A stretch of DNA of 64,000 nucleotides from Octopus vulgaris. Taxonomy: Eukaryota. A program made the position numbers and the translations under genes. The first letter of the stretch is position 1; each line of letters begins with the position of its first letter. A model generated the notes under the pieces. It did no database searches, was not told where the DNA came from, and saw only the letters and a list, made by a program, of their open reading frames with translations. Where the stretch lies: positions 65,410,001-65,474,000 of the forward strand of contig OX597814.1 in assembly GCA_951406725.2 (NCBI GenBank), written 5' to 3'. Of this stretch, positions 50,355 to 64,000 are shown in pieces.

Positions 50355-52865
50355 TTCTGTTTTTTAATTATTAACAATCTTCCACTGAAAAGGGAACCGG
50401 TTTCCAGCAAAGATACAAGGCTCCATCTTTGTGATGTTGTTAACACAGACAAATTCACATTTGGAACTTGAAAGAAGATCTTGCATATTTTTTACTGTTC
50501 CCCTCACAAACTGCACTTCTAATGCACGAATTAGCCGGTCGATTTCTCTTTGCTGAAAATCCCAGTTTATCCAGATTCTCCTTTAAAAACCTAGTGCTCC
50601 AATTATTATTGGTATGAATAGGAATTCATAGTCTGGATATAGAAGCTGGATGTTTCGAAACAGTCGTCCATAGATATTATCTTTTTCTTTGATTTTCAAA
50701 GAGATATTTACATCTGCAGGGTAGCTGACCTCTATGATGGTTCATACCGTTGCCCCTCTGTCCCAAACAGCAATACCCGACCTGTTATGTTTATATTTCA
50801 CAGACGTTTTGATGGGAATATTCCACCAGTATTTCTTGAGTTGATGTTTATGAATGTATTTCATAGCAGAAGTTTATTTCAAGACAGTCTTTTTGCGGAT
50901 AGCATTGTAAACTGCTTTAGCAACAACATCGCGCCGTATAGGGAGGTAGTACTGTAACAACATTTTAGGATAGCTGCTAGTCAAATGCGTGATGTTTTCC
51001 ACAGAAACATGATATAGCCTACACATTCAGTTGTATCTTGGGATTACAAGAGCGTCGCTGTCTCTCTTCTTCGCCAGGTACTTTGTGGCAATATCCTTTG
51101 CCTGGATTGCAAACACAGACTTCAGAATGTTATGTAATGTAGTGCTCTTGTGTCCAAGAGAGGCTGCGCTTCATGTCAATTCTACTGTCTTTTTCAAGGT
51201 TCCGAGCAACATAACCATGCATAGTTTTTTTTTTGTATGCTGAGTACTTTCCACCCAGGTCTTCTTTGATGTAAGAGAGCCCAGATGTTTTAGGGCTGTA
51301 TAGGAGATCATCAGGTGAGTGTACTTCTTGGGGAGCTCACTGCCAACTCGTAAAATGTGGCTCACTTCTCTTTTCAGCACTGCATTTATATATTTATTTT
51401 TGCTGACGTTGTTTAGCAGGTGCTGCCTGAGTGATATACGGCATTCGAAGGTCGACTGCACTGATCTCATACCTCTACTACTTCAGTTCTTCTTAGGTAG
51501 AGCCTGTCAACATCACTGTTTCTGTAGAAGCTCCCAGTTGTTGTCAGGATTTTGCGGGTTTTAATATCTATGGAGTGGATCTCCTCTACTAACCAATCAA
51601 GTATCACACATTTTGGGACCAGCACTATTACTGCCAATGCATTGTGGGATATTGTTTTGTTGTAAGAGGAGAGTTCCGACTGCCATATTTTCCTAAGACT
51701 GGTGTAATATTCTCGGGTCACTCTATATTTACAGTGCCTTTATATGATACATTTTCGTCTATGCCTAGATACTTGTAACATTCTTTGTGGGGAATGGGGG
51801 AGATAGAGAGACCGTTGATGTTCAGGTTTTGGGTTGGGGGGACTGAATTCCCTCGTTCTATAACCAAATACGAACATTTCTTTTGGCCAAATTCTCTGCC
51901 TACATCAGCTGAAAAGGTTATTAATTCCATTTGTGTTTTGGCATTGTTAACACTTTAAGCATAAATCTTCAGGTCATCCACAAAGAAATTTTGAGTTACA
52001 TTGATATTTCTAGCAGTTGAAGATCCTAGCATGTAACCATTTGTTAATGGATTCAGTGCCAAAATCAAAAGAAGTACGGAAATACTAACTCCCTGGAATA
52101 TTCCGTTTGAAATGCCTATACTATCAGAAACAATTATTTTGTTCTCAGTTGTAAGGGTAAGAGTTGTTGCCCATGTCTTTGAGAGTCTCCCTATAGCAGC
52201 AATTAAGGTAGTAGGCACTTTTGCCAGATATAGGCACTTCAAATGCTATGAATGAGGGATAGAGTCGAATGCCTTTTTATACTCAAGCCATGTGTCAAAA
52301 GGTTTCTACGTTGTTTTCTTATTTCAGGCGGTACAGCTTTGTTTATTAAAAGTTGTTCGGCATATCCCCACACACCTTCTTTCCACCAGCCTGTTCATCA
52401 ATCGCAATATTGTTCGACTCACAATGGTCCTGAAGGAATCGGTTGAGGCAACTTGTGTGCGGTTTAGGCAAATGATGGACTTGTAGTTTCTTGCCATCTC
52501 GGTGTTTTCATTTTTGGCAATAAGATTTGATCTTGCTGTACCAGACCACTTTGGTATATCAATCTGACCTTCCATAATCCTTTTAAACATACATACATAC
52601 ATATCAGTTGGTTTCTATAAAATGTCAGCCTCTCATGTCAATATCCAACTGTTAGGTATCATCCAGGTGCCTTCCCATTCTGCAATTTGCTACTGCTCTA
52701 TCGAATGTTTCCGCATCAATTGTGTATGTTTTACTGTTAGTGTAGGTACAGTATTCTCCCTCAATTGCACTTAACCACGATGCAATTGGTTCCAAATTTT
52801 TGACCGGAATCTTCTTGGGAGGGAACGTTCTTAATGGTAATGTTTTCCTTCCTCATCTCTGTGTA
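50355..52865 (-). mobile_element. R4/Dong-like LINE, decayed RT-zinc knuckle-REL
   Basis: WLEYKKAFDSIPH, GIFQGVSISVLL..LALNPL, FFVDDLKIYA, YKYLGI, VDRLYL, FAIQAKDIATKY, RRDVV, HNR, followed by a 3' UTR. Confidence 0.9.
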
Positions 52866-52967
52866 TAATGTATGTATGTATGTATGTATGTATGTATGTA
52901 TGTATGTATGTATGTATGTATATATGTATGTTTGTATGTATGTTTGTTTGTACGTATGTATGTATGT

Positions 52968-54412
52968 CATTGTTTAGTTTCATTTCAAGATTACTTGCCT
53001 ATAGAGAAAGAGTCACTTTATAACCTAGATCCAAGGCTCCTTCATTGGAATTTCAACATCAACAGCAGGAATTTTTGTATGTATGTATGTATATGTGCAG
53101 ATTTGTATGTTTTGCTTTTGTATGTATTCTCATGCATATAGTTGCATATCTAGGCAAGCTCATATATATTTAATGCTAAACTTCTGGAAAGTTTTACAGA
53201 TTTTTACAGTTCTAGTGATGTATTGGATCTGTCGTCTTCGAATTAGCTTTCACTTTTCTGGTTGTTATTTAGGCAGTGTGTTACATATCCCAGGGCCCCA
53301 ATAATTACAGGTATAAACCTGAACTTGTAATCTAGCTAAAGTAACTGCAGATTTCTCAATATTTCAGCGTAAGTATTCTATTTTTCACTGGTCTTCAGCT
53401 TTATGTTAACATACGTTGGGCAGCTAATTTCCATAACTGTACACAATTTCTCTTCTTTATCCTAAATCATTATATCAGGTCTGTTGTGCTTATATTTTAT
53501 TGATTTTTCACTGGGATATTCCACCAGTACTCCTTTTCATTATGAGTGGCTATGGCTTCTACCATACTGTGGGTTCTTTGTCCTCGGTGTAATCCTTCCG
53601 ATGGATTTGATTGTGCAATGTCCTAGCTACATCATGTCTCATCAGTAGATAATTCCGTGCTAACATTTTCGGACAATTGCTTATAATGTGAGTGATAACT
53701 TCAGTGTTAACTCCGCAAAGTCAGCATCGGTTCTCACATTTTACTGCATTTCCTGCATCTCTGTCCCTTTTGGGCATCAGGTATTTGGTTGATATTTCCT
53801 GTTTCTGGACTGCAAGACGCATACCCTTCAACGTGGGAGTTAGTAATCCGGCTATTGATCCATGATAGACTATTTTCTTGAACAGTGTTATCATCCTAAC
53901 ATATGTTAGCTTTCTACCATGCATAGTATTCTGCTCATGTAGGCTCATCCTTTCGTCTCATGATACGTTGCGGTAGAGTCGTGCGACTTCTTTGGTCATT
54001 TAATCTAGGTTATCAGACAAAGAAAGTTGCTCAAGGAGCTGTCTTTCGAGACTGATGATGTTATCAGCCTCATGTATGCAAACTTGGTCAAGTGATGGGC
54101 TTCGACACTTAGTGGTTAAAAGAAGTTGCCGAAGGAATATGATGCGACATTCAATGGCATTTTGGATCAATGTTAAACCTCTGCCGCCTTGTTTCTGTTT
54201 TAGATAGAGACGGCCTACGTCACTGTTTATGTGGAAATTAGATGTGCTTATTAATATTTTTCAGGTTTTCACATCAATGGCTCGGATCTCAGCAAGCGTC
54301 CAGTCAAGTAGCCCAAATGTTGGTATGGGTAGTGGCACTGCAAACACATTGTAGGTCACAGTTTTATTGAATGCAAACAGTTCTGATGTCCAAATTTCTT
54401 ATTTTTTACTTT
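52968..54412 (-). mobile_element. R4/Dong-like LINE 3' part, second subfamily
   Basis: RLYLKQKQGGRGL, AVQKQEISTKY, KCENRC, RHDV, KHNRPDI, EISCP, TVKICKTFQKF. The 3' UTR resembles that at 50370-50430. Confidence 0.88.
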
Positions 54413-54459
54413 TTCATTCGGTTGTAATATGCATGTATGCTTGTATATATCTATATCTA

Positions 54460-54621
<162 letters not shown>

Positions 54622-56099
54622 ATTGTTATTATTATTATTGTTATTATTATTTGTATTAATTTTTGTATTTATATTCGTGTAACATCGTCTGCTTTCTGTC
54701 CTTGTTTCGTATATATTCGATCCTTTTCCAAGAAATTTAATGCTCGCAGCTTAGCTTTTCCTTGGGGTTGGCCAGATCGGAGCAATCTTAAGATGAATCA
54801 GCCGAACTTGCGAGGATGATCCGGTTCTTGTCTGAAGATTAGAATGACCCGTCCGTAATTTTTGATCGTCTATGTAAATGTTTTGCGTTCTTGTTCCAAT
54901 TTGTATTATATATATATATACATATATATATACATACATACATGCATACATACATACAAGCATACATACATACATACATACATACATACATACATGCATA
55001 CATACATACATACATACATACATGCATACATACATACAAGCATACATACATACATACATACATACATACATACATACATACACACATTATGTATATATAT
55101 ATATATATATATGAATCACTATATATATTTATTTATATATGTTTATATGTATGTATACATGCACACACGTTATACACGAATGCAAATGCACACATAGATA
55201 CACACAAATGTGTTTACACATGTATCATACCCTACATAAATATATATGCATATTTATATAATACAGTGGTATATACACATATTGGTGTGTACATACGTGT
55301 GTGCTCATGCGTATGTACATAGAAACGCCCATATTTTGCTTTTATGTTAACATCTTAAAACAGAAAATATTTTTGTATGTTTATTTCGCTTTTCATTTAA
55401 TTATTTTCGTTTTCTGACATTCTAATGATTGTATCTGTTTATGCCGTTTTGTTGTTGTTGATGTTGCTGCAGTTGATTGAAACATGTGTTTGTTGTAACA
55501 TCAAGACAATTTGAAGTAACGCTGAAAATAAATTGTAAATTTTATGGAAAGTTAAAAATACACACGATGTCATTTACGCATTTGAAAACTTTTATAGGAA
55601 TAGTTTTTGTGGGGGCACTACTTATATATGTATATATATAAACATATGCACACATGCACACACGCAAATATTCACACACATGCACACACACACACATTTT
55701 ATAGAAATACACATACACTCAGAAAATACAGTTGTTTCACATCATTCAGTTTAATTTCTTATCGAATATGAGAGTCGTGATCTGCATTCCAATTTATAAA
55801 AACATTGACGCACTTCTAAAAGACATATGGATCATTCATATGTATGCATAAAATACACACATAGATGCATACTAATATATGTGTGTTTGTGTATATATAT
55901 ATATATATATATACGCGTATCTGTCACTTACTGTGTAGATGAATACCAACCGCAAACTCTAGCTCGAAGTTACTGTTTATTACAGATATGGTGAAACACT
56001 TTTCAATCTACGAGGACTTAAAGTGAACAACAACTCATCCGTGATAGGTGAGCTACAACATACTGGTCACTATACCGTTCCATCATTAAACGATGTCTA

Positions 56100-57930
56100 T
56101 GGACCACATACGCTACATTTGCTTGTATTCGCATTAGGTTTGGAATCAATGAAAGCTCAGTGTAGACAAAACATCTTCCTACATATCTATTTGAAGCAGG
56201 AAAAACCCTTTCCACATTACTATTCCTGTTAAACTGGTCAAAGAATTTTCCCCTTTCACATGTTTCAGGAACATTTCGTAAAATATCGCAGGTATTTAAC
56301 CGTATTGTTGCTGGAATACCAGAAGGCTTTTGATAGTGTACCACAAGGGTGGATCATCAAGTATTTATAGTTAACCAACGTTAGAAAACCATTAATGAGT
56401 ACTATTGAGCGCCTGACCTAGACATGGTACACCACTTTGCCCCTAAAGAGTGACAAGGAGCAAATTGAGTAGTATAGGATTCACTTTTAAAAAGGCATAT
56501 TTCCAGGTGACATCCTGTCAGCTCTTTGTCATCTCATTAAATCCATTATCATACCTGCTCACAAAACATAATGGCCACAGAGATGGATCCAAAAGTATCT
56601 CCCATCTTTTCTTTGTCGACAACCTGAAACTGTATCAGCCAAATAAAATATAGACCCCCTTCAGTTATGAATGCCCATGGGATTGCACATAGAAAGTTCC
56701 CCTCCGATGTACAAGTCCGGGCAAGGTGGTTTATGGAAGACCAAAAGTTGCCCGTGCATACTCGCCTCCCCTCTCCACACCACTGGTGTTATCCAAGGGA
56801 AAATCAAAGGCCGATACAGCTTGGCATCAGTGACGTCACAACTCATTTCTACAGTTGAATGAACTGAAATAAAGTGCCTTGCTCAAGAACACAACAATCG
56901 GCCAAATATCGACCACATAAAAAACCCCATTTTTCTACAGACATTGGAATGAAATTTGGTAAGTCCTAATGTTCATTTTTAATAATCAAACGTGAAAAAT
57001 TTGTACCTGAAAACCTAGCAATGATCGACTTGACACAGATCTCTCCACAGAGCTCTCCTCGAAGAGCATTGGTAAAATCTGTTTTTCAGAATAACAATAC
57101 AAAAATGGACCAGTTCACATGGGCACTTGACACGTGAAACGAAACAGAATGTATTGATCATGTCAAAAGCCTGGTATGGAGGGTCGACATGTTTATGACA
57201 TCCCTCTTCGATGGCTACATCCATGCAACCCAAGAGCAAGACATCCTTACCAAGGAGATAAGAGGTAGAAAAAAAATTTTACAGACAACATACGTAGGTT
57301 CTGTGAGACCAACGCTGAAGATATGAACTACATTGTTACCAACTGCGAGTGAATGTCTTCCAGATATTATCTTCATATGAGGCATGATGTAGTGGCCAGA
57401 ACAGTCTAGAACAAGATAACAAATCTGAAAACGCCTACAGAATTTGACTGCATTGAGACCAATGGATTATACGAATATTGGTACAACTTAAGAATTAAAA
57501 AAAGTTAAAGCAAAACTGTCCAGATTATGTTGTGCGGGACCACAAGCAAAAGATATGTTCTATAGTGGAAATCAGCTGCCCCCTAAACACCAATGTGGTT
57601 AGAAAAATACAAGAAAAAGACGACATCTATGAGCCATTGTTATGGAGTTTGCAAATCCAGTACCCAGGATATACATTTGGCTTCTTTCCTATTATTGTTG
57701 CAGCAATATTAAAGATACCAACACGTCTGGTATCTTACTGAACTTGGAATCTTGGGGAGATAACACAAAACCTTAATTCATACGCTATGATCACGATATC
57801 TACGACTATAAAAATTTGCAAGACCAGCTGAAGACTTTAAGAATCATGGTTAGAACAAGATGCTATCAAAGCCTTGCTACCAAGTAGGTGCCCTGTCAAA
57901 ATTTACTCTATATTAAAAAGAGAAAGAAAA
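56100..57930 (+). mobile_element. R4/Dong-like LINE, decayed, with SINE insertion
   Basis: EYQKAFDSVPQGW, GIFPGD, LNPLSYLL, HLFFVDNLKLY, RHDVV, VEISCP, YEPLLWSLQIQYPGY. Confidence 0.85.
56652..56897 (-). mobile_element. SINE family C, 5'-truncated, inserted in the Dong-like LINE
   Basis: Reverse complement of the 40618-40871 body; it lacks the tRNA-like head. Confidence 0.85.
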
Positions 57931-58159
57931 CAAACCCCTACACACACACACACGCACACACATACATTTATACATACATACATACATACATACATACATA
58001 CATACATACATACATACATACATACATACATACATACATACATACTGTTATTCAACAGATGCATACCTTTGTTTGCTTTGCATAATCAACTATTCACTTG
58101 TTTAAGTAACTCATGCGTTGTTACCATCACATAAATACAGATTTTAACTGTTTATTTAC

Positions 58160-58344
58160 AAATAAGGCCTGAAATGTATTGGTGGGGTTGTGACAAGTCG
58201 ATTACATCGACTCCAGTGCTCGATTGGTACTTAATTTTTCGACCCCGAAAGAGTGAAAAGCAAAGTTGATTTTGGCGGAATTTGAACTCAGAATGTAAAG
58301 ACGGACGAAATGCCTCTAAGCATTTTGTCCGGCGTGATAACAGT
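58160..58344 (-). mobile_element. SINE family B
   Basis: Minus strand AAGGCAGTGAGCTGGCAGAAC..TGAGTTCAAATTCCGCC..TTTCGGGGTCGA..AAGTACCA..GGAGTCGATGTAATCGACTT. Confidence 0.8.
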
Positions 58345-58402
58345 TCTGCCAGCTCACTGCCTTTCTTTATTTACAATTAATAATTTCAATAATAATTGCA
58401 AA

Positions 58403-60268
58403 CTAGCTTAAGGTGACCCGCTCTACGCGCGAGTAAGGTTGTGGTTGTTACTTTCTGTTGCTTCCTTTCTGTCGCCACATTCTCACTCTTTATTTCTCTA
58501 TCCTTTCTTATTTTCCCACTCTCTTACTCTTCCTTTCTCCCGGACTTTCCCTCGCTTTCTCTTACTCTTTATCTTTCTCTATCTATCTCTCTGCCATTTA
58601 TAAAAAATTAGAATTCCGCGTTTAAATTACAAATCCGCTTCCACTTTACCATGTTGAAAATTTGATAGAGATCGGGCAAAAGGTGTCCGATCTAGATCAC
58701 CAAGTGTCCTCCAAAATCAATAAAATCCCAGTTTTCACACCAAAGCAACCACTGTAGGGCCACAAAACGTGTCCCTATCAATTTCCCCCCTCAAGTTACC
58801 CCCTCCTGTAAATTTGAAACCCCTTCCAGCCCCATTCAGACCCCTTTTTACATAAAAAACAATTTGTGTCCACGTTCGCCGTCTTCATTTTATAGATAGG
58901 ATTAGATGCCAATCGCCACAATCTGGAAGGGCTTAGAGCCCCCTTGAATGTTCTCACCTAAGCAACCGCATCTTTTCAGATGGTGGGTTTTAACCAACTC
59001 AACTCTCTGCCTCATCACGCCTTCTATGTCTGTGTCAATTTTCAGCTCGATCTGACCACTAGTGTGGCCGCCAACCTCTGACGTAGCAAAACGTGCACAT
59101 AATATTGACCCAAAGCCTCATTTATATATATAGATAGCAGAGAAACCCGGTCTTGCTCGGGATTAAAATAGTTTATCATTGTTTTATTTGTTTCGGTATT
59201 ATAACTCGATTTCATTCGGGTCTGCGCGGGCCACACTTTAAAGATGAGGAATTTTGCCCTAGAGGCCACACCTTTCAATTGAGCAAACTCAAAGTTGCCA
59301 TGCAAACTCGCCAGAACGTTTAACATAGGTGTGCAATTTTCAACTGAATCCTACCATATTTACTAACGCTTTTGCCAGTATAACTGCTTGTGAGACAACA
59401 TCTGCCCTTATCACAAATATGTAGTAGACCTACAGAGATACCCGACCATACTTGGGATTAAAACGGCATAGTTTTTCATTGTTTTACTAAGCCGATTTCA
59501 TTCGGGTGTAATCGGGCCACATTTTAAAAGATGAGGAATGTTGTCCTAGAGGTTACGCCTTTCATTTGAGGAAAAAAATAGTTGCCATGCAAACTCGCTA
59601 GCACTTTTAACATAGGTGTGCATATTTTCAGCTCAACCGACCACATAATGCACACATAATATATATATATACGCATTAAATATATATATATATATATATA
59701 TATACGCATTAAATATATATATATATGTACATATATACGCATTATATATGTGTGTGTGTGTATACAAATTATATATATATATATGTGTATATATATATAC
59801 ACTTTGTATATATACATTATATACATATTTATATATAGATACAGGCACACACACATACACATATATAAATTAACCCAATATATATCTGATTCATAATATT
59901 TGTTCTCATGATTGTGTGGTGGTGGTGGTGGCGATAATAAAACTATCTATGAATACGGAGAGTGAGAGAGAGAGGGGGAGGCGGTGAGGGAAAAGAGTGA
60001 CAGCGCTGGCGAAGGCGGCGGAGAAAGATAGACAGAGGAAGACATGCAGATAAGAGAATGAGAGGAGACTTGTCAAAGTGTGCGTTTTTTGCCCTAGTAA
60101 CCACACCTTTTAAAATAGGGATTTCTAACCTAGCCCACTAACATCCTTACCTCATATTACATGTCCCTGTAAACTTTGGAGTCAATCCGTCGCGATCTAG
60201 TGGCCTTTAACCCGGTCCAATGCCAAAACCAGACAAACAAACTTTTCGCATTTCAGATTTATAGATAT
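58403..60268 (-). mobile_element. Chain of non-autonomous Helitron-like elements
   Basis: Minus-strand 3' end with a CTCGC..GCGGG hairpin and CTAG at 58403. Further CCCG..GGG hairpin ends lie at ~59145 and ~59440, and TCTAT(A)TAAA-type 5' ends at ~58895, ~59133 and ~60266. Segments 59135-59350 and 59430-59650 are related copies. Confidence 0.6.
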
Positions 60269-61699
60269 TGATTGAAGTTGAGGACGTCAGTTCTAAGGCA
60301 TACTATGTTTCGTACAGGTTCCCAGTAAAAGGAATTAGAAGTCATTTTCAACAAAATGAAGATTAAAATATCATTGCATTAATAGAACATAATTTATGGT
60401 AAAAAGTTAATAGGAGGAGACTGCTGAAAATCAAAACCTACTTACGGAAAACTACCCTAGTGCAAAAGGCCCAATCGACTTACCCCACCCGAAATTGCAG
60501 GCCTTGTATCAAAACATTCTATTTCAATTTATCTCACATTTCTTTCCCTATGTTTTCTTAACTTACTCGTCTACTTTTCCCCACAGTTCCTCAACTATAC
60601 ATTTTATTGTGTCTTTCAATCGTATTCTCTCGTTTCACAGGTTAATATTCTTTCCTTCCTTATAGTTATATGTACAAGATTTCGTTCTTTCAAATCTTTA
60701 AATTTTTCCAGTTTTCTCATTTCATGTTTCTGTTTTACCTTTTTCTAAATTTCTTTATGTACTTCATTCATATTTTCATCCTTTACCTTCACTTAAGTTT
60801 CCTTTACACACATTGCTTATATCATTTCCTTTTCCTTCTTTTCTTCTTAGCATGAAATTCGTCGACATTTTTCATTCATTTAGAAAAAAACATTTCCGTC
60901 ATTTGGCAACATGTTTTCATCTTTCCACGTTTCTCCCAGAAATATTACATTCGTTATTCTAATTCATTGCTTCAGACAGTAAAACATTTTTTAAACATAA
61001 CTATGTGTACATTCTGTCATTTCGCTGGATCATGTGTTCAAAATGATGTTACTATATTGTTCTTGTTCACCTTTCAGTTCTTTATTCTGTCTTTCATTCA
61101 TGCTTAATAACCTTCAATATGTATGCATTCGTGTTTTCACACTTTCCTCGCTTCAGTCGAGTGTATACTTTAGTTCTTTTCTCCTGCCCCAAATTAACTT
61201 CCGGTTCATCGAAAAACTCGTGTTTTAATTAAATGCAATTTATGTTGCTCGAACGAATTTATGGTCATTAAAATTTTGGCAAACAAAATCCATATATACA
61301 TGTACATACATGCATGCATACATACATACATACATACATTCATACATACAGATCTAGATACATACATGCATGCATATATATGAATATATGTATGTATGTA
61401 TGTATACATATATATATATATATGTACATACATATATACATATACATATATGAATCTATGTACAATTTACTTATGATTTGTGTAGGTATATATTCCTATA
61501 TGTAAGCATGTATGTATGTGTATATATATGTGTGTGTGTGTATTTATTTATATATGTATATATATATTGGTATGCGTGTGCATGTATATATGTGTATGTG
61601 TGTGTATATGTATATAGGAGGATGAGGTGTCGGGGTTGTGGGTTGTACGTTTCGTGCATGCTTCCATCTGTACATGTGTATAATAAATATATCCGTACT

Positions 61700-62045
61700 C
61701 TTTAGCTAGCACGAAAGCAAGAACCAGCACTACTGTGAGATAGAGGGTGAACAATGCTGGGGCAAGTACGCATCCTTGTTTAACTCCATTTATCAGGGCA
61801 AGTTCGCTTGCCCTGATGCTATCTTGTTCTAGAATGCCTGCATTCCTATGTGCAAGAAACTGACCAAGTTGATAACCTTCGAGGATATTAATGTTTCTTA
61901 AGAACCACCCTAAGTCCATCATGATGACAGTGCGCTGGTTTTCTACAGCCCCGATGATATTCAGAAACTGGTAAATAATTTGGTAGAGTTGTAAAACAGT
62001 TCAGCTATAGAGTTAGCATGAGAAAAACCAAATTCCTTTATAATT
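61700..62045. mobile_element. RTE-type RT fragments in opposite orientations
   Basis: Minus strand NGVKQGCVLAPALFTLY (61720-61790); plus strand DDSALV..DIQKLVNNL..VSMRKTK (61921-62035). Confidence 0.65.
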
Positions 62046-62054
62046 GTGTGTTAA

Positions 62055-62157
<103 letters not shown>

Positions 62158-62574
62158 GGGTGTGTGTATGTATGTATGCATGTATATGTGTATGTATGTA
62201 TGTATGTATGTATATATATATATGTAACCTATATAGTAGATATATAAACAGGGCAAATGCACTATTTCTCCATAGATTGTAAAAATGATGAACACTCTTA
62301 ATGGATTTTCAAAACTTGTGTTCTCACCAGAGATGTCTACATCAATTTGACCACTCCAGGGAAACAAGCAGCCAATCTGTTCATATACTCATCGAATCCA
62401 ATAGCTACAGACATGGCTGTATTTGAGAATAAAATTATTTCTTTCTGTATCATTCAAAGCATCTCAACGCTTTGAAAGCAAACTTTGTTTGTTGACTCTC
62501 AATGTAAGTTGTATTTAGCGCACGATAGCGTCTTATAAAGCTACTTATATATCCTAAAATTACAGAAGAATTTG

Positions 62575-62660
62575 TCGCTGAGCAGTTTAGCTTAATGTTA
62601 AAGCACTTGACGCGTAATCACAGGGATGTGAGTTCGAGTCTCATGGCTGGCCGCCGACAG
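62575..62660 (+). mobile_element. tRNA-like SINE head remnant
   Basis: A-box-like TAGCTTAATG and B-box GAGTTCGAGTC; no intact acceptor stem. Confidence 0.45.
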
Positions 62661-62775
62661 ATTTTCTGCAAAATATGGATAGTTTATCCTGTTACGGCTA
62701 TATTATTAGCATTATCCTGCGTTTGAAATAAAATTATTTCCTTATATAAAATATTTCCTTATATATATATATGCA

Positions 62776-62837
<62 letters not shown>

Positions 62838-62874
62838 TGTGTGTGTGTGAAAGTAAAAGTAAAAGAAGAAAATA

Positions 62875-63560
62875 AAGGACTTTAAGATGGAAAAAAAGAA
62901 ATATGTACCGGTTTCTGTCGTTTAAAGTGATATCTTCATTCCGAAAAATATTGAAAGGTATTAAATTAAAGTTTCACAATAATCTGTTCTGGGAGTTCAA
63001 ATATATGTCTTGGTGCCCTGCTGATTGCGAGCTGGTAACGGGTAACGGGTAGGTTTAATGCTAATGGGAGGAGGGACATTAGTAGTGACAATAACAGTTA
63101 CTGGCTGGTATCATTATGTGACAGTGGTAACAGTAATAAATAAGTCTGTTGATAGTAGGAAGAGGGATGACAGCAGCTACAACAATAAATAAACTTCCCT
63201 TTGACTTATAACAGTAAACAAGTTAATACTAGAGTCGGTCTGTAGCAATGTCTCTAACTCTAACCTAACAGTAGTCGTAGAGATGACGCTACGGCGGCTG
63301 TATCGTAGGTGTTGGCTGTTCTTGTTTCTCTTTCTTTACCATAAATATTTAGACAGGTTGGTATCTGATAGTAAAGGATGGTTTTTGTTAGGTCTACTCC
63401 TTCCAGAACTGATTATTATGATAGTTTAATTTAAATTCTTTCAATATTTCAATTTATATTCCGGTGTGAAGACGTAATCTTAAACAACCGAAATCGTTAG
63501 AGATTATCTTCCTGCTTTCCATAAGGTCCTCCAAATATGTTCTTCTTTTCCTTAATTTTT
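62875..63560. mobile_element. Two inverted Penelope-like tails
   Basis: 62875-62997 (minus) is homologous to 63395-63535 (plus). Both carry TGAAGA..GAAA(C/T)C remnants. Confidence 0.55.
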
Positions 63561-64000
63561 CAATATATATTTATTCGTGGGTGTCCTTTTAACGCTTTAA
63601 ACACGGTATATATGTGAGAATGTATGTGTGTGTATATATATATGCATGTATGTATGAATGTATGTATGTATGTATGTATGTATAGATAAATAGATTGATA
63701 GATAGATAGATAGATTAACACTTGATTCTTACTCTATCTCTTTCCACGTCTACTCTTACTCTACCACTTTTCCACACTTTCTCTTTCCACCCATGTTTTC
63801 TTCCCTTGTACCTTTCTCTTCTCTCTCTTTCACTGTGTTTCTCCACTCTCTCTGTTCCTTCATCCCCTCTCTCTGTATCCCAGTCTTTTCCCCTCTATAG
63901 GCTTCCTCTGACCTACCACATGACCGGTGTCCAGTGAAGGCGGTATCGTTCTTTTTCGCCCTGATTTGTCCGGACTGGTCGTGCTAGTCTATGCTCCTGC

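Overview
This is AT-rich animal DNA, extremely rich in microsatellites, with no intact host protein-coding gene that I can support. Almost all listed ORFs are translations of (TA)n, (CA)n, (TCTA)n or (TATG)n tracts. The repeat complement suggests an octopus (coleoid cephalopod) intergenic or intronic region; this is an inference, not a database result. Decayed mobile elements recognised are Tigger/pogo, Tc1, mariner and maT/DD37D DNA transposons; RTE, CR1-like and R4/Dong-like LINEs; a nearly full-length Penelope-like element (RT plus C-terminal GIY-YIG, ~37.6-40.5 kb); at least three SINE families; and non-autonomous Helitrons. The most notable observation is at the start of the window. A 360-bp repeat unit (1-77 recurs exactly at 361-437 and ends in a (TA)n tract) contains a well-folded type I hammerhead ribozyme with a palindromic stem III, and the rest of the unit is also highly base-paired. 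This is the architecture of a metazoan non-LTR retrozyme that could make a small circular RNA. Other points of interest are several degenerate hammerhead-like Penelope tails, long fold-back inverted repeats beside microsatellites, and Dong-like LINEs repeatedly abutting (CATA)n. All coordinates were read by eye and element boundaries are approximate.
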